Below are positions 8,230 through 17,104 of a stretch of 62,781 nucleotides of DNA, piece by piece (the first letter of the stretch is position 1; each line of letters begins with the position of its first letter). Source of the stretch: a virus (Duplodnaviria; Caudoviricetes); the IMG/VR virus record IMGVR_UViG_3300020171_000437, positions 1 through 62,781 of that record; one strand, given 5' to 3'. A program made the translations under genes and the position numbers. The notes beneath the pieces are model-generated. The model ran no database searches and was not told where the DNA came from. It was given only the letters and a program-made list of their open reading frames with translations.

Positions 8230-10016
8230 TGAAACGAGTAGGCGCTTTTATAGCTTTACTCATGGTGGGCCTGATCTCGTTTGGTGGGATGGCAGCACTC
8301 GACTGGGAAACTTACATCGGGGGCGTCTATTTCCTCAATCTTGAACAGGCTGTGTTGACCGGGTTCACGTCAACGGGGATGTTTGATCTCATCGGCGGGG
8401 CACGGTTCGACAATGTGACGGCAGCTACGACACTCAGCATTACCGAAACGAACCTTGCATTCGCAGGGGTTACTACTTTCTATGGGGCAACGTTTAGCTT
8501 CGGATATGATGTCGGTGCAGCAATGACGTTCACGCCTACGGATGCAACAGGCGCAGTGGCGATCACACATGCTGGATCGGCCCCCGCGATCACATGGACA
8601 GCGGATTCGTTGGCTTTTACAGGAAACTTCAGTTCTGACGGGACAACGGCTGTTCTTGATGGCAGCACATCAGCCAGGATTCTCAGTGCGGGCTTTACGA
8701 GCTTAGAATCTGCGGCAAACCGTTTTGGCGTAAATGCGACAATCTATATGTCGGTCGCAACGACAGCGACAACTGGTATCACGACGATAACTCACACGGG
8801 TACGACCCCCACAGTAACTTGGACGGCGGACTCGTTTAGCTTCGTCGGTGCATTCAGTTCAGACAGCGCATCAACGGCTGTAGTCGATGGCGCAACATCA
8901 TTCCGTGGATTGAGTGCGGGATTCGTTAGCCTAGAATCTCCAGCGAATCGATTTGGCTTGAATGCCACCGAATACATACAGATTGCAACAACTATAACTA
9001 CTGGCATCACAACAATCACGCATACGGGATCAGCTCCTGCTGTAACGTGGACTGCTGACTCTCTGTCATTCGTTGGCAGTTTCGATACGAATGGCGCGAC
9101 GGTATCTCTAGACGGTAGTACATCGGTTCGTGCGATCAGTGCTGGCTTTAACAGTCTCGAATCTCCAGGAAACCGTTTCGGATCAGATGTAGCTGTCTAT
9201 ATGCAGATTGCGACGACTGCCACAACTGGAATCACTGCCATTACTCATACCGGATCAGCTGTTACTGTTACATGGACGGCCCCCGCATTTGACTTCGTTG
9301 GCACGATGGCGCTAGATGCCACAACGCTATCAGATGTGTTGACGTTCTCGGACGCAGGAACAATCGACAACACAGCAGCCGACACATTGACGATTACTGA
9401 AACCTACATCGCGCTTGCTGGAGAAGTGTCTATCAGCGGAGACCTCACGGTGACTGGTGGAGACATCATTGATGGCTCGGGTGGCGGCGCAACCGTAGCG
9501 AATAAGGGCACCTCCGTCGAAACGATGGGCGGGGCACAGAAGACCGTCATTACCTTCACATTGACTGGCGATCACGACATCGACACCCCTGATGGTGGAC
9601 AGTCTGCTGGCGTTCTGGTCTACGACTTCCCAGTGGGCTATATCCAAATCCTCGGTGCGTTGATTGATGCGTCGGTTGTGACGAATGCTGCCTACAACGC
9701 AACAGTAGCCGACCAATACTATATCAGTGTGGGAACTGTGGATGGTACGCAAGCAGCGAATGCCGATCTGACTGGCACCGAAGCTGACATCATCGCAAAG
9801 ACAACTCACGATACCGACTCAGGTGCCGGGGCAAACACACAACTCACGAATACGTGGCACGCTCAAGATTTGACCGCCGAGACGTTTGACGGAACGGGTA
9901 CAGCCATAGATCTCTTCGTGAACGTGGCTGTGCCGGATGCAAACAATACTGGCGCAACGACCCACGCGGTCACGGGAACCTTGACGATCTTCTGGATCAA
10001 CCATGGTGGGTACTAG
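8229..10016 (+). CDS. Thr-rich repeat protein with N-terminal signal-peptide-like segment
   Basis: MKR + hydrophobic core + GGMA; about 3.3 copies of a ~75-aa repeat (TGITTITHTG...WTADS...LES.ANRFG). Confidence 0.8.
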   Translation: MKRVGAFIALLMVGLISFGGMAALDWETYIGGVYFLNLEQAVLTGFTSTGMFDLIGGARFDNVTAATTLSITETNLAFAGVTTFYGATFSFGYDVGAAMTFTPTDATGAVAITHAGSAPAITWTADSLAFTGNFSSDGTTAVLDGSTSARILSAGFTSLESAANRFGVNATIYMSVATTATTGITTITHTGTTPTVTWTADSFSFVGAFSSDSASTAVVDGATSFRGLSAGFVSLESPANRFGLNATEYIQIATTITTGITTITHTGSAPAVTWTADSLSFVGSFDTNGATVSLDGSTSVRAISAGFNSLESPGNRFGSDVAVYMQIATTATTGITAITHTGSAVTVTWTAPAFDFVGTMALDATTLSDVLTFSDAGTIDNTAADTLTITETYIALAGEVSISGDLTVTGGDIIDGSGGGATVANKGTSVETMGGAQKTVITFTLTGDHDIDTPDGGQSAGVLVYDFPVGYIQILGALIDASVVTNAAYNATVADQYYISVGTVDGTQAANADLTGTEADIIAKTTHDTDSGAGANTQLTNTWHAQDLTAETFDGTGTAIDLFVNVAVPDANNTGATTHAVTGTLTIFWINHGGY

Positions 10017-10018
10017 CC

Positions 10019-10126
10019 ATGAAGGTCAGAACGGTTCCTGGTAAGCGGGCCTGGGCGAGTGGTGGGCGTCCGAAGGGCGGGAATAAAGAGGGCGACCCTC
10101 TCCGTAAGGGGGTAGTGAAGAAATGA
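10019..10126 (+). CDS. 35-aa basic peptide (below ORF-track cutoff)
   Basis: MKVRTVPGKRAWASGGRPKGGNKEGDPLRKGVVKK; TGA overlaps protease ATG. Confidence 0.5.
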   Translation: MKVRTVPGKRAWASGGRPKGGNKEGDPLRKGVVKK

Positions 10127-11178
10127 CTATTAGCCAAGCGAACATGACCGAAGTTAGACTGGCAGGGAAGGAAGTGAACACGCTTCTTTCCGGCCAAGAT
10201 CTTCGGGACGCGCTCCAAGGCAAAGAGGTTGACGCTATCTACAAATATAGCGTTGCCGATCAAAGCCGTGGCGGCGAAGTCAAAGCAATTCACACGATGA
10301 AGGGCGAATACCTAACCGGGATGCGTCCTATTGGAAAGTCCGTGATTACGTCTGCAACGATTGACCGCGACAAAGACATTGTCTTCACGAGTGGCATGAA
10401 GCTGACAGATGGATACATGAAGAATCCAGTTGTGCTTCCGATGCACCTCTATCGGGAGTTTCCAATTGGGTTTACGAAGCAGATCACGCAGTATGCGAAT
10501 CATGTGACTGCGACATGGGAATGGCTGACAGACCAACCGTTGACCAAGGCTGCGGAATACTACCAGCTTTGGGCAGCATATGTTCTGAATGCCGTTTCAA
10601 TCGGCTTTGCCCCCGACGAGTGGGAATGGAACAAAGGCCGGAGCGGACTTGATTTCGTTACCTGGGAGTTATTGGAGCATAGCATTGTGACGATCCCGGC
10701 GAATCCTGACGCACAACGGAGCCTGGGCGCGAAGCAATACATCAAACTCGTTGGTGAAAAGCTCATTGAAATGTCTCCGATTGTGCGTCGGGGACTGGAG
10801 ATAGCATTAACAGATGGAACAACTGTCAGCGTCAATTTGCCTGACGGCATGAAGAACAATGTCTCTAAACCTGATAACGAAAATGTGACTGCTGATGGAA
10901 CAATCGAAGCCAAGACAGAGGTACTTAGCGATAAGGCAAACGAGCCTGTCGTAGAGGAGCCAGAAGCCGTCGAGGCAAGTGTTAGCGTAGAAGAGACAGA
11001 AGGGCAGAAGTCTTTTGATGAAATCCTGTTGGCGTATGCCGCTGGGGTGATGGAGAAAAGCGAAGTTTTAGGCGTTCTGAACAAAGTGTTCAGTGCGCTT
11101 GAGGCGGAGCGCGATCTCTACAAAGGACAACTTGTCAACATGGCTCTCTCGATCATTGCAACAAAATCGGAGGTGTAA
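10123..11178 (+). CDS. Prohead maturation protease, HK97-type
   Basis: IDRDKDIV, NPVVLPMH, AVSIGF, LLEHSIVTIPANPDA. Confidence 0.93.
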   Translation: MTISQANMTEVRLAGKEVNTLLSGQDLRDALQGKEVDAIYKYSVADQSRGGEVKAIHTMKGEYLTGMRPIGKSVITSATIDRDKDIVFTSGMKLTDGYMKNPVVLPMHLYREFPIGFTKQITQYANHVTATWEWLTDQPLTKAAEYYQLWAAYVLNAVSIGFAPDEWEWNKGRSGLDFVTWELLEHSIVTIPANPDAQRSLGAKQYIKLVGEKLIEMSPIVRRGLEIALTDGTTVSVNLPDGMKNNVSKPDNENVTADGTIEAKTEVLSDKANEPVVEEPEAVEASVSVEETEGQKSFDEILLAYAAGVMEKSEVLGVLNKVFSALEAERDLYKGQLVNMALSIIATKSEV

Positions 11179-11180
11179 GC

Positions 11181-12398
11181 ATGAAGCTGGAAGACCTTAC
11201 CAAAGAGCAGCTTCAGGGATTGGTGGACAAAGGCTCCGAGTATCTCGAAGCCATGAAGGCGGGGACTCCCGGTGAGACCAAGGTAATCCTTGACGGACCA
11301 GAGATGAAGAAGCCTGATGAACTCACGGCTATTGATCTCGACGCCGCACTCACTCGTGAACCCGAGACAGTCCTACGATCCACGAAGCAGAAGGATGATG
11401 AGCTGAAGAACTTCAGCATCACAAAGGGCGTACAATTCATTCTGACCGGCCAGCGCAAAGGAAACGAGCTGGAAGCAGACTGGATTCGTAGCCGTGATGG
11501 CTTCGCGCCATCAACAAATAAGGACATGACCCTTTACAGCGATATTGCTGGCGGATTCCTGGTTCCTACGGTTGTCATCAACGAACTGATCGATCTTCTG
11601 AAGGCAGAAACGATCATGCGTCGAGCTGGCGCAACGATCTTGACATCGAATGCAAAGACCGTTCAGGTGCCACGGAAGACTGGATCGACAAGTGCATACT
11701 GGGTTGCCGATGAAATTACTACGGACATCACCAAGTCTGCCCCGACGTTCGGAGACCTGAACTTGACACTCAGAAATCTGGCTGCGCGGGTGCAGGTTGC
11801 GCGGAATTTGATCAAGTACGCATCGTTGTCAGTAGAGACACTCATCCGGCAAGACATCATCGAACAGATGGCGCTTACGGAGGATCTGGCCTTCCTTCAG
11901 GGGACGGGCGGAACACAGCCTGTCGGCCTGAAGAACTGGCCCGGAGTCAACTCTACCAGTTCGATCGGTGCGCCGAACTTCGACGACCTTCTAGCATGTC
12001 TGACGACTCTCAAGGCCCGCAACGTGCGTGTCTCTGAGAAGCAGACGAGCTGGTGGATGCACCCGAACGTGCTTGGGTATCTACAGAAGCACAAGACTGG
12101 TACTGGTCAGTACGATTACGTTATCGACCTGACTCAGCGACCTCCAGACCGAATTCTCGGCCTGCCTGTCTACACCAGTTCGCAGATCCCGATTACCCTC
12201 GGTGCTGGTAGCGAGACCTACATGGTCTGTGGCAATGCCAACACCTACGCGATTGCGCAGGGTGGCGGCATCGAGATCTTGGTAGATCCATACACGTTGT
12301 CGGCTCAACTGAAGATCCAGATCGTCGCCGTGTTTGAAGTAGACGGTGGCCCTCGCCGGATCGACGAGTTCCAGGTTCTTACTGGAGTAACTTACTAG
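11181..12398 (+). CDS. Major capsid protein, HK97 fold
   Basis: GGFLVPT, EDLAFLQGTG..QPVGL, WWMHP, ILGLPVY. Confidence 0.95.
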   Translation: MKLEDLTKEQLQGLVDKGSEYLEAMKAGTPGETKVILDGPEMKKPDELTAIDLDAALTREPETVLRSTKQKDDELKNFSITKGVQFILTGQRKGNELEADWIRSRDGFAPSTNKDMTLYSDIAGGFLVPTVVINELIDLLKAETIMRRAGATILTSNAKTVQVPRKTGSTSAYWVADEITTDITKSAPTFGDLNLTLRNLAARVQVARNLIKYASLSVETLIRQDIIEQMALTEDLAFLQGTGGTQPVGLKNWPGVNSTSSIGAPNFDDLLACLTTLKARNVRVSEKQTSWWMHPNVLGYLQKHKTGTGQYDYVIDLTQRPPDRILGLPVYTSSQIPITLGAGSETYMVCGNANTYAIAQGGGIEILVDPYTLSAQLKIQIVAVFEVDGGPRRIDEFQVLTGVTY

Positions 12399-12408
12399 GA
12401 GGTGAAGA

Positions 12409-12798
12409 ATGGCTGGTTTGAATAGAGACCTAACTAACGTCCTTAATGTTGTTCGTCTGCTTGCCCCTGCGACTTATTCGGCGGCAGCAGAGCAGACGAC
12501 AGCCGCGATCGACACTGATTTTATGCGTGATGGCATTTTGGTGATCGACTGTGGCGTGATTGCAGCTACGTCAACGGTTGGAGTGCAACTCCAAACTTGC
12601 GACACATCTGACGGCACGTATGCCGATGTCATGGCAGCAGACGGAGCACTTACGGTAGCACACACGCTTACCGCTGTCTCTTACGCTGTCAAAGATCTGA
12701 AGCGATACGTGAAGTTCCAGTACGACGTTGATACAGACGTTGCGTTGTTCGGGGCTGTCCTTGTTGGGGCGCACCGACCGTTGAATCCTCCGTCCTAG
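12409..12798 (+). CDS. Putative capsid decoration / minor head protein
   Basis: Directly after MCP; beta-sandwich with LKRYVK motif. Confidence 0.6.
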   Translation: MAGLNRDLTNVLNVVRLLAPATYSAAAEQTTAAIDTDFMRDGILVIDCGVIAATSTVGVQLQTCDTSDGTYADVMAADGALTVAHTLTAVSYAVKDLKRYVKFQYDVDTDVALFGAVLVGAHRPLNPPS

Positions 12799-12811
12799 CG
12801 AGGTGATCTGA

Positions 12812-13444
12812 ATGGCATGGCCAACTGGCGCTGATGTGCAGCAAAGAACTGACATCACACTCACACTGACAGGAAGTGTCTATACAACTAGCTACGGACT
12901 GAGCGTGACAGAGATGATCAGCGATGCTATCGCTGCGGCTGCTTTGGAATGCCTCAGAGATCCCGAGTACGGTTTCGACGAAGCGGAAGTGACTGAAACA
13001 TTCGATGGGAGGAGTTGCCTCCAAGTGAGCCACCCTCCCATCTTGTCTGTTTCTTCTTTAACCAGCAACAGCGAAGAGATGGACGAGGATGACTACGTCA
13101 TTTATCCAAGAGACATCAAAATACTTGACGAAGACAGCAAGATCTTGCTGCAAAGCTACGCTCCGGTGCGCCCGACAAGGCAGCTTTACTCGCTGATTTA
13201 CACGGGTGGCTATTCTGATTCGGCGGTAGGGACACATAAAGCGATCCCACGCAGCCTCAAAGCAATCATCTTAGAGATGGTCGTCAGGGAATTGCTGCGG
13301 ATTGACCAACGATATCGTGTCTACGCTGGTGTTAGCGCAGCACAGATCGGATCAACGGACTACCGATTCACATCGGACAATGCTTTGCTGTCAGACCTTT
13401 ATCGAAGACTACGAGATGGCCCGTGGACGGTGATTGGAATTTGA
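12812..13444 (+). CDS. Head-tail adaptor (gp6-like)
   Basis: Position; TETFDG, PILSVSSL, YTGGY, IPRSLKAIILEMV. Confidence 0.75.
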   Translation: MAWPTGADVQQRTDITLTLTGSVYTTSYGLSVTEMISDAIAAAALECLRDPEYGFDEAEVTETFDGRSCLQVSHPPILSVSSLTSNSEEMDEDDYVIYPRDIKILDEDSKILLQSYAPVRPTRQLYSLIYTGGYSDSAVGTHKAIPRSLKAIILEMVVRELLRIDQRYRVYAGVSAAQIGSTDYRFTSDNALLSDLYRRLRDGPWTVIGI

Positions 13445-13791
13445 TCGGACTAAACATCAAGGTGGACATCCATCGCAGAGCTGCAGCAGCGGCTTCTGGT
13501 TGGGGAGACACCAGCGACATGACTTGGGTTGCCATTCCGACATACAGGGATGTCAGGGCAAGGATTTCGACGCTTCGGGTAGAAGAGAGAGAAGCGTTGG
13601 CTAGTGCTGGCGGGAATATTGCCACCATTGCTGCGCATCGTATCTTCTTCAATCCTGAGACGGATGTTTTGATCGGAGACCACATTGTCTATGACGGAAA
13701 GACTTACGAGATGGTATCGATTGAAGACATGGACAAATCGGAGCAGCATCTAGAAGGCTTCATTGTCTTCTGGAAGGGGGTAGTTGCCTAA
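13441..13791 (+). CDS. Head closure / head-tail joining protein
   Basis: DVLIGDHIVYDGKTYEM; position; TTG start assumed. Confidence 0.75.
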   Translation: MIGLNIKVDIHRRAAAAASGWGDTSDMTWVAIPTYRDVRARISTLRVEEREALASAGGNIATIAAHRIFFNPETDVLIGDHIVYDGKTYEMVSIEDMDKSEQHLEGFIVFWKGVVA

Positions 13792-14309
13792 TGGCTTGGT
13801 ATGGCGGCGGTAAACTACAACAGTTTGGCCCTAATGGGTATATCTACGTTGATCTTAACCCAGGCCCACTATTTGCTGTTGTTGACGCAACCATCTACTC
13901 GCGCATGGAGGCGGCAATGAAACTGGCGGCTGAGACTGCCAGAGACAACATGCAGGACATGACTCCTCCCTCTGCTCCTTGGGACATGCCAGCGATCGAT
14001 TCTGGAACACTTAAAGAAAACATCGAGTACAAGATCTTCGACAGCCCGGATCGAATTATTGGGGCCTTTGGTGTCTTCAAAGAGTCTGCTACCAATAAGG
14101 CGACAGGGAAGGTCGTGGACATGATCTATGCCCTATATCTGGAGACCGGAACGTACAAGATGGACCCACGGCCCTGGTTGACACTCACTCTTGCCGAAGT
14201 TTGGGATCAGTGGAAGTCAATCTTCGGAGCTGGTGGTTCCGGCGCTGAGACTGTCGCTTCATTCTCGATGGGTGGCCGAGAAGACAATACGGCCCTGGAG
14301 CACGCATAA
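13791..14309 (+). CDS. HK97 gp10-like tail completion protein
   Basis: PAIDSGTLKENI, YALYLETGTYKMDPRPWL. Confidence 0.85.
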   Translation: MAWYGGGKLQQFGPNGYIYVDLNPGPLFAVVDATIYSRMEAAMKLAAETARDNMQDMTPPSAPWDMPAIDSGTLKENIEYKIFDSPDRIIGAFGVFKESATNKATGKVVDMIYALYLETGTYKMDPRPWLTLTLAEVWDQWKSIFGAGGSGAETVASFSMGGREDNTALEHA

Positions 14310-14731
14310 TGCGAAACGATGTTGTAGTACCGTTCACGAAAGCGGTGATAGCCAAGTTGCTTGCTACAAGCGGCGTTACGGCAATTACTGGCACGAGGAT
14401 TGGTCCAGGGTCAGAGAATCAAACGATGCCGTTCATTGTTGTTGATCCATTGCCGGAGACCCCACATCACGGGATCGGCTTTAATGAACCTGCTTATGTA
14501 ACGGCACGCGCACAAATAGCTGGCTTTGTAAAGACGAAACATGGAAGTCTTGAGCTTGCTGGCGCAATTTCCAAGGCACTTGATGGAGAAACCTTAACCG
14601 TGAGCGGTTGGGGTTCAGGAAGGATGGTTGGCATTGGCATTACTCCGTTGCAAATAGATGTAAACGGTGTAACTGCCTATAAGGCCGCAAGGCGCATTAC
14701 TGTCAATCTTCCAAATCAAGATACACGATAG
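14309..14731 (+). CDS. Tail terminator (DUF3168-like)
   Basis: Position; GTRIGP, PFIV, AISKALDG. Confidence 0.7.
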   Translation: MRNDVVVPFTKAVIAKLLATSGVTAITGTRIGPGSENQTMPFIVVDPLPETPHHGIGFNEPAYVTARAQIAGFVKTKHGSLELAGAISKALDGETLTVSGWGSGRMVGIGITPLQIDVNGVTAYKAARRITVNLPNQDTR

Positions 14732-14747
14732 ACGGAGGTGTTAAAAG

Positions 14748-15164
14748 ATGGCAGATACGTTTACCCCTAAAGGGGGTCATCTGGCTAGTTTGAAATACAA
14801 CACAAAGGTAGTCAATGTTCGCGGCGAGGTCCGCGTGACAGCGGCACGGGCAGTTATCGATATTTCTTGTATTGGTGACACCTTTGTGCCGTTCCGGTCC
14901 TTTACGCTAGGAATGCACGATCAGATGTCGTTCACAGTGCCGGTTCCTTACGACCCTGCGAACGATGGAATCATAGCAATCTTGGCGGCATCTGTGGCGG
15001 GGACACCTACCAGTTTGATACTGCTTGACGTGCTTGCAGGCACGACGCTGCTTTCTGGCACCGCGCTTGCTTCTTACGAGTACGCATCAAGCATGGACGA
15101 TGTTCAGCTCTTGAACGTGACGTTTACGTTCACGGGGGCGTTGACTGGCAACTTGGTAGTGTAG
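14748..15164 (+). CDS. Major tail tube protein
   Basis: Position, size, C-terminal VTFTFTGAL. Confidence 0.7.
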   Translation: MADTFTPKGGHLASLKYNTKVVNVRGEVRVTAARAVIDISCIGDTFVPFRSFTLGMHDQMSFTVPVPYDPANDGIIAILAASVAGTPTSLILLDVLAGTTLLSGTALASYEYASSMDDVQLLNVTFTFTGALTGNLVV

Positions 15165-15181
15165 GAGGAGGTGAATAGCTG

Positions 15182-16126
15182 ATGGCTGACACCTTTACCC
15201 CTATCAATGGGTTTCTGGCGGGGATATACAGATCCCCTGGAGTTCTAGTTGGTGCCGTAACGAAGCATCAGCTCCTTCTGAATCCATCGTTTGAAACAGG
15301 AGATCTGACGAGCTGGACTGACGACAGTGTGGCAACATCTACAGCTACAGCAACAGCCCTCAAAGGCTGGGAAGATCGTAGTTACGGTGTTGTCATGTCT
15401 GACAACGGCACGAATTTGTGCGGCATCTCTCAGATCACGACACTAGATGCAGCTTTATCTGCTGCGCAGGCGTTGACCCATAGGATCATCGCAAGCGTGT
15501 GGGTTAAGTTTGACTCCGCAAGCGATGATGCTGTATTGAAGGTCTCCGCGCTCGATGCGGCTGACGGCGTTCTTGGTACTGGCTCTGTGACGATGATCTC
15601 GTCCCATCCTTACTACGACGCTGCCGCTGCTGGATTTGGCGTGTGGAGCTACTTCAGTATTGCAATCAGTGCTGTTGAATTGACAAAGAAGGTGAAAGTC
15701 GAAATCTACTCTAATGCCGCAGCTGCGCAAGTGTGGAATATCGACAATCCTTCTGCAACCATCGTGGAGCAAGTTGCGGGCGCTTTCGGACAGGTCGTTA
15801 TGCCGATAGGCTACGACACCGAAGATGTCTCAACGTTTGCCACTGCCGGGACAGCCGGATGGCGATCAGTTGCCACGACATTGAAGAAGCAGAGCGCCAT
15901 AACGTTCCCCGAGTATTGGGTAAATTCTGAAGTGATGGCGGCTGAGAAGGCCGCTGTTACTAAGGTTTACATCATCTTGTGGACGCAAAAGGCGACGAAA
16001 ACTCAGGACCGATTTGAGTTCTGGGCATTGGTCAACGGGATTGAGTGGGCCGCGCCTGTTGGTGAAGTACAAAAGGGATCAGTAATGATCACTGCAACCG
16101 GCCATATTGGATACGCACACATTTAG
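15182..16126 (+). CDS. Second tail-tube paralog with inserted carbohydrate-binding-like domain
   Basis: Same MADTFTP start; LLNPSFETGDLTSW...IDN insert; tube-like C-terminus. Confidence 0.65.
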   Translation: MADTFTPINGFLAGIYRSPGVLVGAVTKHQLLLNPSFETGDLTSWTDDSVATSTATATALKGWEDRSYGVVMSDNGTNLCGISQITTLDAALSAAQALTHRIIASVWVKFDSASDDAVLKVSALDAADGVLGTGSVTMISSHPYYDAAAAGFGVWSYFSIAISAVELTKKVKVEIYSNAAAAQVWNIDNPSATIVEQVAGAFGQVVMPIGYDTEDVSTFATAGTAGWRSVATTLKKQSAITFPEYWVNSEVMAAEKAAVTKVYIILWTQKATKTQDRFEFWALVNGIEWAAPVGEVQKGSVMITATGHIGYAHI

Positions 16127-16133
16127 GAGAACG

Positions 16134-16847
16134 ATGAAATCTGAACTGCTAAAGACTTTTGAACTTGCATCCAAGACTACTCACGAACGAACCTTTCATT
16201 TTGATCTTGGGGAGGGGGTAGACCTAGTCTGCCCCCGCCTCAGCTTGAACGGGTGTGCAGCATTTGAACGACGTATGGTGGCAAAGCCAGGATCGAAGGG
16301 CTTCAGTCTGTCAATGCTGAAGAATACGGCGGCGATGAGAATGGCAGAGTGTAGTGGTGCCGTCCTAGAGGAGCTTCGGAAAGAAGGCGCACCAAGTGCA
16401 TTCAAAGACGAAGCCGATGCTCGTATGTGGGCGACTCAATTCCAGGCGAATCTGGTATCGAAGTTTGCACCATATTCTGAAAAGCTACTTGGGGACTTCC
16501 ACAAGGATGACCAGATCTTTGCCGTCACGTTGGCGCTGAAAGAGAAGTATGGCGACAGCGAGACGACAACAAAGGGCAAGGGCGAATCGAGGATAGAGGA
16601 AGAAGTCATCTTCGACGAGAAATTCATTCGTGTAATCTTTGATGCCGCGCCAGACATGCTTGATGCTATGTTCTTGTGGACAATTGGATTGGTGGATATC
16701 CCTGACGGGACAAGCCAAGAAGACATTGCAAAAGGATTGGATGACTTGGCCGCTTCGGTCGGTGGTTCGGGAAACGTAGTAAAACCGAGTCCGACGAAGA
16801 AATCAGTTACAGGAAAGAGGTCAACTACAAAGAATACGTCCCAATAA
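16134..16847 (+). CDS. Tail assembly chaperone (G-like)
   Basis: Between tube and tape measure; contains slippery site. Confidence 0.8.
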   Translation: MKSELLKTFELASKTTHERTFHFDLGEGVDLVCPRLSLNGCAAFERRMVAKPGSKGFSLSMLKNTAAMRMAECSGAVLEELRKEGAPSAFKDEADARMWATQFQANLVSKFAPYSEKLLGDFHKDDQIFAVTLALKEKYGDSETTTKGKGESRIEEEVIFDEKFIRVIFDAAPDMLDAMFLWTIGLVDIPDGTSQEDIAKGLDDLAASVGGSGNVVKPSPTKKSVTGKRSTTKNTSQ

Positions 16848-17101
16848 TACTGCACCACTATCCTCAATATGACCTTGAATCTGTCTTTGACCTTGATGAC
16901 CTTCAGTTCGCTTTTCTGATTAACGGACTGGACGCGATACATAGACTTGAACGTGCAAACACCCTACCGGGGATGGTAGACAACGACGGCATGAAGGCAA
17001 CGGTTGCTGCGGCTCCGAGGCCTAGAGTAGACAGCGAAAGTACGTTTGGCTGGCTACAAGAGCAATGTGAAGCAAAAGGGCTGACGCCCCCGGCGAGGTA
17101 A
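16769..17101 (+). CDS. -1 frameshift extension of tail chaperone (GT-like)
   Basis: In-frame G GGA AAC at 16769-16775; -1 frame open 110 codons to TAA 17099-17101. Confidence 0.88.
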   Translation, partial: GKRSKTESDEEISYRKEVNYKEYVPIILHHYPQYDLESVFDLDDLQFAFLINGLDAIHRLERANTLPGMVDNDGMKATVAAAPRPRVDSESTFGWLQEQCEAKGLTPPAR

Positions 17102-17104
17102 AAC

